Virus record (IMG/VR): IMGVR_UViG_3300022895_000130
Location: 1 to 58,644 of that record
Source of the DNA: a virus
Lineage: Duplodnaviria > Caudoviricetes
Strand: one strand, 5' to 3'
Length of the DNA: 58,644 nt
Numbering within the stretch: position 1 is the first letter of the stretch; each line of letters opens with the position of its first letter. The notes below the pieces were generated by a model. The model was not told where the DNA came from. It did not search any database and was given only the letters and a program-made list of their open reading frames with translations. Of this stretch, positions 55,679 through 58,644 are shown piece by piece. A program made the position numbers and the translations under genes.

Positions 55679-56214
55679 TGGTCGTTCCGTGGAAGATGGT
55701 CGGCGCAGTGCTGCTGGTGCTGGTTGGAGCGGCCGGCGCCTGGCAGTTCCAGGGCTGGCGCTACGGCAAGCAGTTGGCGGAGCAGGCCAAGCTGCACACC
55801 GAAACCCTGAATCAGCTGACCATGGCGGCGGCCACCGCGCAACAGGCCGAGCAGGACAAGCGCCTGGCGCTCGAGCAACGGCTGGCGGCCAGTGACAAAA
55901 CCCACTCCGAGAAAATGACCAATGCTAAAAAAGACCAGGCTCTGCTGCGCGATCGCCTTGCCACTTCTGATCTGCGGCTGTCAGTCCTCATCGATGCGGG
56001 TTCAGCCGGTGGCTGTTCAGTGCCTGCCACCACCAGCGCCGGCGGCGTGGATCATGCAACCGTACGCGCCCGACTTGACCCAGCGCATGCTCAACGAATT
56101 GTCGCCATCACCGACGAAGGTGACCGGGGGCTGATTGCTCTCCAGGCGTGCCAAGCCTACATCCGGGCTCTGAGTGATGGCTCGGCGCTATTGTTGCGGG
56201 GTGAGCATCCGTGA
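55675..56214 (+). CDS. i-spanin (Rz-like)
   Basis: N-terminal TM, coiled coil, L.ACQAYIR. Confidence 0.9.
   Translation: MMVVPWKMVGAVLLVLVGAAGAWQFQGWRYGKQLAEQAKLHTETLNQLTMAAATAQQAEQDKRLALEQRLAASDKTHSEKMTNAKKDQALLRDRLATSDLRLSVLIDAGSAGGCSVPATTSAGGVDHATVRARLDPAHAQRIVAITDEGDRGLIALQACQAYIRALSDGSALLLRGEHP
55922..56134 (+). CDS. o-spanin (Rz1-like) embedded in Rz
   Basis: Lipobox LLICG-C, Pro-rich CLPPPAPAAW; alternative frame inside Rz. Confidence 0.8.
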   Translation: MLKKTRLCCAIALPLLICGCQSSSMRVQPVAVQCLPPPAPAAWIMQPYAPDLTQRMLNELSPSPTKVTGG

Positions 56215-56348
56215 CCCATCATTTGGGTTCATGCTGATGAAGCGGTGCCATGGACAAGCAACTGGCTGGATATTCGATTGTACTGACGATCGTCTGGGTT
56301 TCAGCGGTTCTCGCTGTCATGTATTGGATGTCGAACTGAAGGTAATGG

Positions 56349-56588
56349 GTGGTCGATGTGGAAGGCGTGGTGCTGGGCGAGAAGGCACGAAAAGAAGCGG
56401 ATCGGCTGCTGGCGCAAATTGTCCGCGCAGATTCGATGATCATCGCTGTGAAGGCGGGGGCACGGGCGGATGGCTTCGTGCTTGGGCTGGAAACCAGCGG
56501 AGCTTTGCGCGCCGGCGATGCTGAAAGGCTGTACATCATTTTTGAAGCAGCTCTGGTGGAGCGTTTGAAAACTCTATCGCGAGGTTGA
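56349..56588 (+). CDS. hypothetical protein
   Basis: Small helical ORF converging on the SRAP gene. Confidence 0.6.
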   Translation: MVDVEGVVLGEKARKEADRLLAQIVRADSMIIAVKAGARADGFVLGLETSGALRAGDAERLYIIFEAALVERLKTLSRG

Positions 56589-57269
56589 TCAGTCGAGTGG
56601 TTTGATCAGCTGTGGTCCCTGATTTCGAACGTTCCCCACCGCCCGGTCAACCTTGAACCACTCGAAAACCTCAGTCGGCTCACCCTGGTGCAACACCATC
56701 TGCTCGGCACGCTCTTTCGGTGTTGCAGGGTCTAACCATTCTCTGGACAGTTCCGGCGACAGGGCTACCGGCCGCCGGTCATGAATGTCGACCATGCCGC
56801 CAGCACTGTCGGCGGTGATGATCACAAAACCGTCATGCTCGCTGGGGCCATGCTCTTCATTTGGGTACTGGCCGATCGCGGCGCAGAGGATTGGTGATTG
56901 ATCCCGGTGCCTGATCAGGTAGGGCTGCTTCTTCGGGCCACCTTCATCCACCCATTCAAACCAGTTGTTTATCGCGATGATCGCCCGGTGTGGCCAGATG
57001 GCGCGGAAGAAAGGGCCGTGGGCGACTTTTTCGACTCTTGCGTTGATCGGCGCGGCGCGATCCTTGGCCCAGTGCGGGCGCCATCCCCAGCGGACCATGT
57101 CGGCATGGAGGGACTGACCTTCCTGATGGAAGAGGGCAAGCTGGGCGGTTGGCGCGGCGTTATACCGCTCGAACGATTGCTCGCCGGTTGAGTTGATCAA
57201 AGCGTTCGGTATGCTGAGCGCCGCGACGAAGTCGTGAATTCCGCTGTACTGGGAGAGTCGTCCGCACAT
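56589..57269 (-). CDS. SOS response-associated peptidase (SRAP/HMCES family)
   Basis: MCGR start, YN.AP, INAR.E, FEW, IHDRRP. Confidence 0.93.
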   Translation of the reverse strand: MCGRLSQYSGIHDFVAALSIPNALINSTGEQSFERYNAAPTAQLALFHQEGQSLHADMVRWGWRPHWAKDRAAPINARVEKVAHGPFFRAIWPHRAIIAINNWFEWVDEGGPKKQPYLIRHRDQSPILCAAIGQYPNEEHGPSEHDGFVIITADSAGGMVDIHDRRPVALSPELSREWLDPATPKERAEQMVLHQGEPTEVFEWFKVDRAVGNVRNQGPQLIKPLD

Positions 57270-57291
57270 TGCCAAATCCTCGCATGAGCTT

Positions 57292-58017
57292 TCAGCGTAG
57301 ACCCGCTGGTGCCGGCTTTGTCACAAAACCTTTTCCGCCGCAGGTCTGGCAGTCATCGCGCGCGCCAAATCGATCCAGGCACACAGGGCAGATGCAGAAC
57401 GCTGCGGATTCGATATGTGGCCGCACCTTTTCAAACGCCTGCAGATCGCGTTCTTCCTGTGCGACTTGAGCAGCATCCACCAGCGCACGGTAGGTGTCAG
57501 GGTCATCAAGGGGCCGGAAGTCGATGCCTCCGATTACCCGTTCTGTCTCGATCAATTGGTAGCGCTGCCCCCGCATTTCCAGAGTCAACCCTGAAATCGT
57601 GCCGACATTCCGGGAGATTCCCAAGTTCAGGTGTATTCCTTCCGGGCCTGAATACACTTTTCCGTCATAGGCGAAGGATGTGCCGCGCGGCGTTTCAGTC
57701 GCGAAGTTGAAGATTGAGCGGCTGATCGTCCCCAGTAACTTCCCGTTTTCGAGTTGCACGACGTCATAGGTCGAAGCTCCGCGGTAGTGGCCTGTCGAGT
57801 TTTGAAGTTCCTCGACCGCGTGCCAGTAAGCAGCGTCTGCCATCTCGTTCATGTCGAACTGTTCAAGCTGGTCGATCAGACCCTCTGCATGCAGCGCCTC
57901 GGCCATATCACGGAGATTCTCCCGGTGGCCTTCCGGGTTTTGCATGCGGAAGTCGTGGTCGCCGAGAGTGGCGCGCCATCGCTGTAGTCGGAGGGATTTG
58001 GCTTGGTCGAAATTCAT
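57292..58017 (-). CDS. hypothetical protein with C-terminal zinc finger
   Basis: CPVC...CQTCGGKG; directly upstream of SRAP. Confidence 0.75.
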   Translation of the reverse strand: MNFDQAKSLRLQRWRATLGDHDFRMQNPEGHRENLRDMAEALHAEGLIDQLEQFDMNEMADAAYWHAVEELQNSTGHYRGASTYDVVQLENGKLLGTISRSIFNFATETPRGTSFAYDGKVYSGPEGIHLNLGISRNVGTISGLTLEMRGQRYQLIETERVIGGIDFRPLDDPDTYRALVDAAQVAQEERDLQAFEKVRPHIESAAFCICPVCLDRFGARDDCQTCGGKGFVTKPAPAGLR

Positions 58018-58041
58018 TGAGACAAGGTCGCTGTACAATTG

Positions 58042-58057
58042 CTGTATGCATGTACAG
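58042..58057. promoter_or_regulatory. LexA (SOS) box
   Basis: CTGTATGCATGTACAG = CTGT-N8-ACAG, about 25 bp upstream of 58017. Confidence 0.85.
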
Positions 58058-58100
58058 TAATCGAGTCGCTGAAGGTGGGCGAGTGTGAAGCGACGAGCTG

Positions 58101-58310
58101 TCAGTCAGGCGTCATCAACACGGCCAGGGTCATCTTGATGAATTCCTCATTTCGATCGATCGCGCGCAAAGATTCGCGAACGTTTTCCGCGACGTCGGCG
58201 GACCCGCGCTGTTCCACCCAGAGGGTAAGCTCCATGATGGCGGCCTCGAGGGCGAGCTGGTTTTCGTTGATTTTGAAGAGCAGGGAAGGGAGCAGATCAG
58301 AATTGGACAT
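58101..58310 (-). CDS. hypothetical protein
   Basis: GGAGG RBS before MSNSDLL. Confidence 0.7.
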   Translation of the reverse strand: MSNSDLLPSLLFKINENQLALEAAIMELTLWVEQRGSADVAENVRESLRAIDRNEEFIKMTLAVLMTPD

Positions 58311-58407
58311 CGCGGTTTCCTCCATGAAAGAGCCCAGCGTAGCACCGTGTTACATGAAGAGTGATTTATGTTCGGCAGAACGCCGTAGAAGGGATTGAAA
58401 AGCTGCT

Positions 58408-58442
58408 AGTTATGGAACGCGTCCAGAATAGTTATGGAACGC
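58408..58442. promoter_or_regulatory. putative integrase arm-type sites, right junction
   Basis: AGTTATGGAACGC at 58408-58420 and 58430-58442. Confidence 0.7.
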
Positions 58443-58470
58443 TTCCTGAGTTGCGCGGAATTTTTAGAAC

Positions 58471-58507
58471 GCCAGAAACGACAAAGCCCTGAATAATCAG
58501 GGCTTTG
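58471..58507 (-). terminator. phage-carried copy of the tRNA terminator region
   Basis: 37 bp identical to 5545-5581. Confidence 0.75.
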
Positions 58508-58518
58508 AAGTACTAAAT

Positions 58519-58579
58519 ATGGCGGAGGCGATGGGATTCGAACTCATGGACCTGTTACAGTCGACGGTTTTCAAGACCG
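58519..58579. repeat. prophage attachment core, right junction
   Basis: Identical to 5593-5653. Confidence 0.95.
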
Positions 58580-58607
58580 TTGCCTTAAACCACTCGGCCA
58601 CACCTCC
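58520..58607 (-). tRNA. tRNA-Ser (anticodon UGA)
   Basis: GGAGGTG acceptor stem, ACGGT-CTTGAAA-ACCGT anticodon arm, long variable arm, GTTCGAATC, encoded CCA. Confidence 0.95.
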
Positions 58608-58644
58608 GTTTGCGTTGCGGGCGCCATAATACCTGAATGAAACA

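Larger units (their letters stand above)
5593..58579. mobile_element. apparently complete lambdoid siphovirus-type prophage (~52.9 kb) integrated in tRNA-Ser(UGA)
   Basis: Direct-repeat att cores; integrase, CI/Cro, replication, packaging, head, tail and lysis modules in canonical order. Confidence 0.96.

Noticed and set aside
53598-56600. Diversity-generating retroelement or invertible tail-fibre switch
   Set aside because: No reverse transcriptase, invertase or template/variable repeat pair seen.
58530-58548. A-C mismatch in the tRNA T-stem as phage-induced damage
   Set aside because: The same bases occur in both att copies, so it was not introduced by integration.

Overview
Pseudomonas-like chromosomal window. 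Bases 1-5.5 kb are host genes (end of an RND permease, a LysR-controlled oxidoreductase/aldehyde dehydrogenase cluster, DUF2790). The rest is one apparently complete ~52.9 kb lambdoid, siphovirus-type prophage integrated in tRNA-Ser(UGA). The 61-bp att core is duplicated at 5593-5653 and 58519-58579, and the intact tRNA is at 58520-58607 on the minus strand. Module order: integrase/excisionase, left early arm (Exo/RecT, Ea22-like, accessory genes), immunity region (CI/Cro/CII with operators), replication with an iteron origin, NinB/NinG, late regulator, holin-like genes, terminase/portal/capsid, lambda-like tail (M, L, K, I, J), fibre, endolysin, spanins and an SOS-boxed SRAP operon. Most notable observations: (1) a compact TGT/DpdA-like plus QueF-like T-fold gene pair suggesting a minimal 7-deazaguanine base-modification system, in a coupled gene chain headed by a PD-(D/E)XK nuclease; (2) a TCGCGACAC-N20-GTGTCG(C/T)GA element present exactly three times, once in each major transcription unit; (3) a RosmerTA-like pair in the immunity region; (4) a tail-region insertion with a HEPN protein and a small protein resembling the gpJ C-terminus; (5) a cupin gene frameshifted by a 23-bp tandem duplication. 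All family calls come from motif recognition by eye, not database searches.
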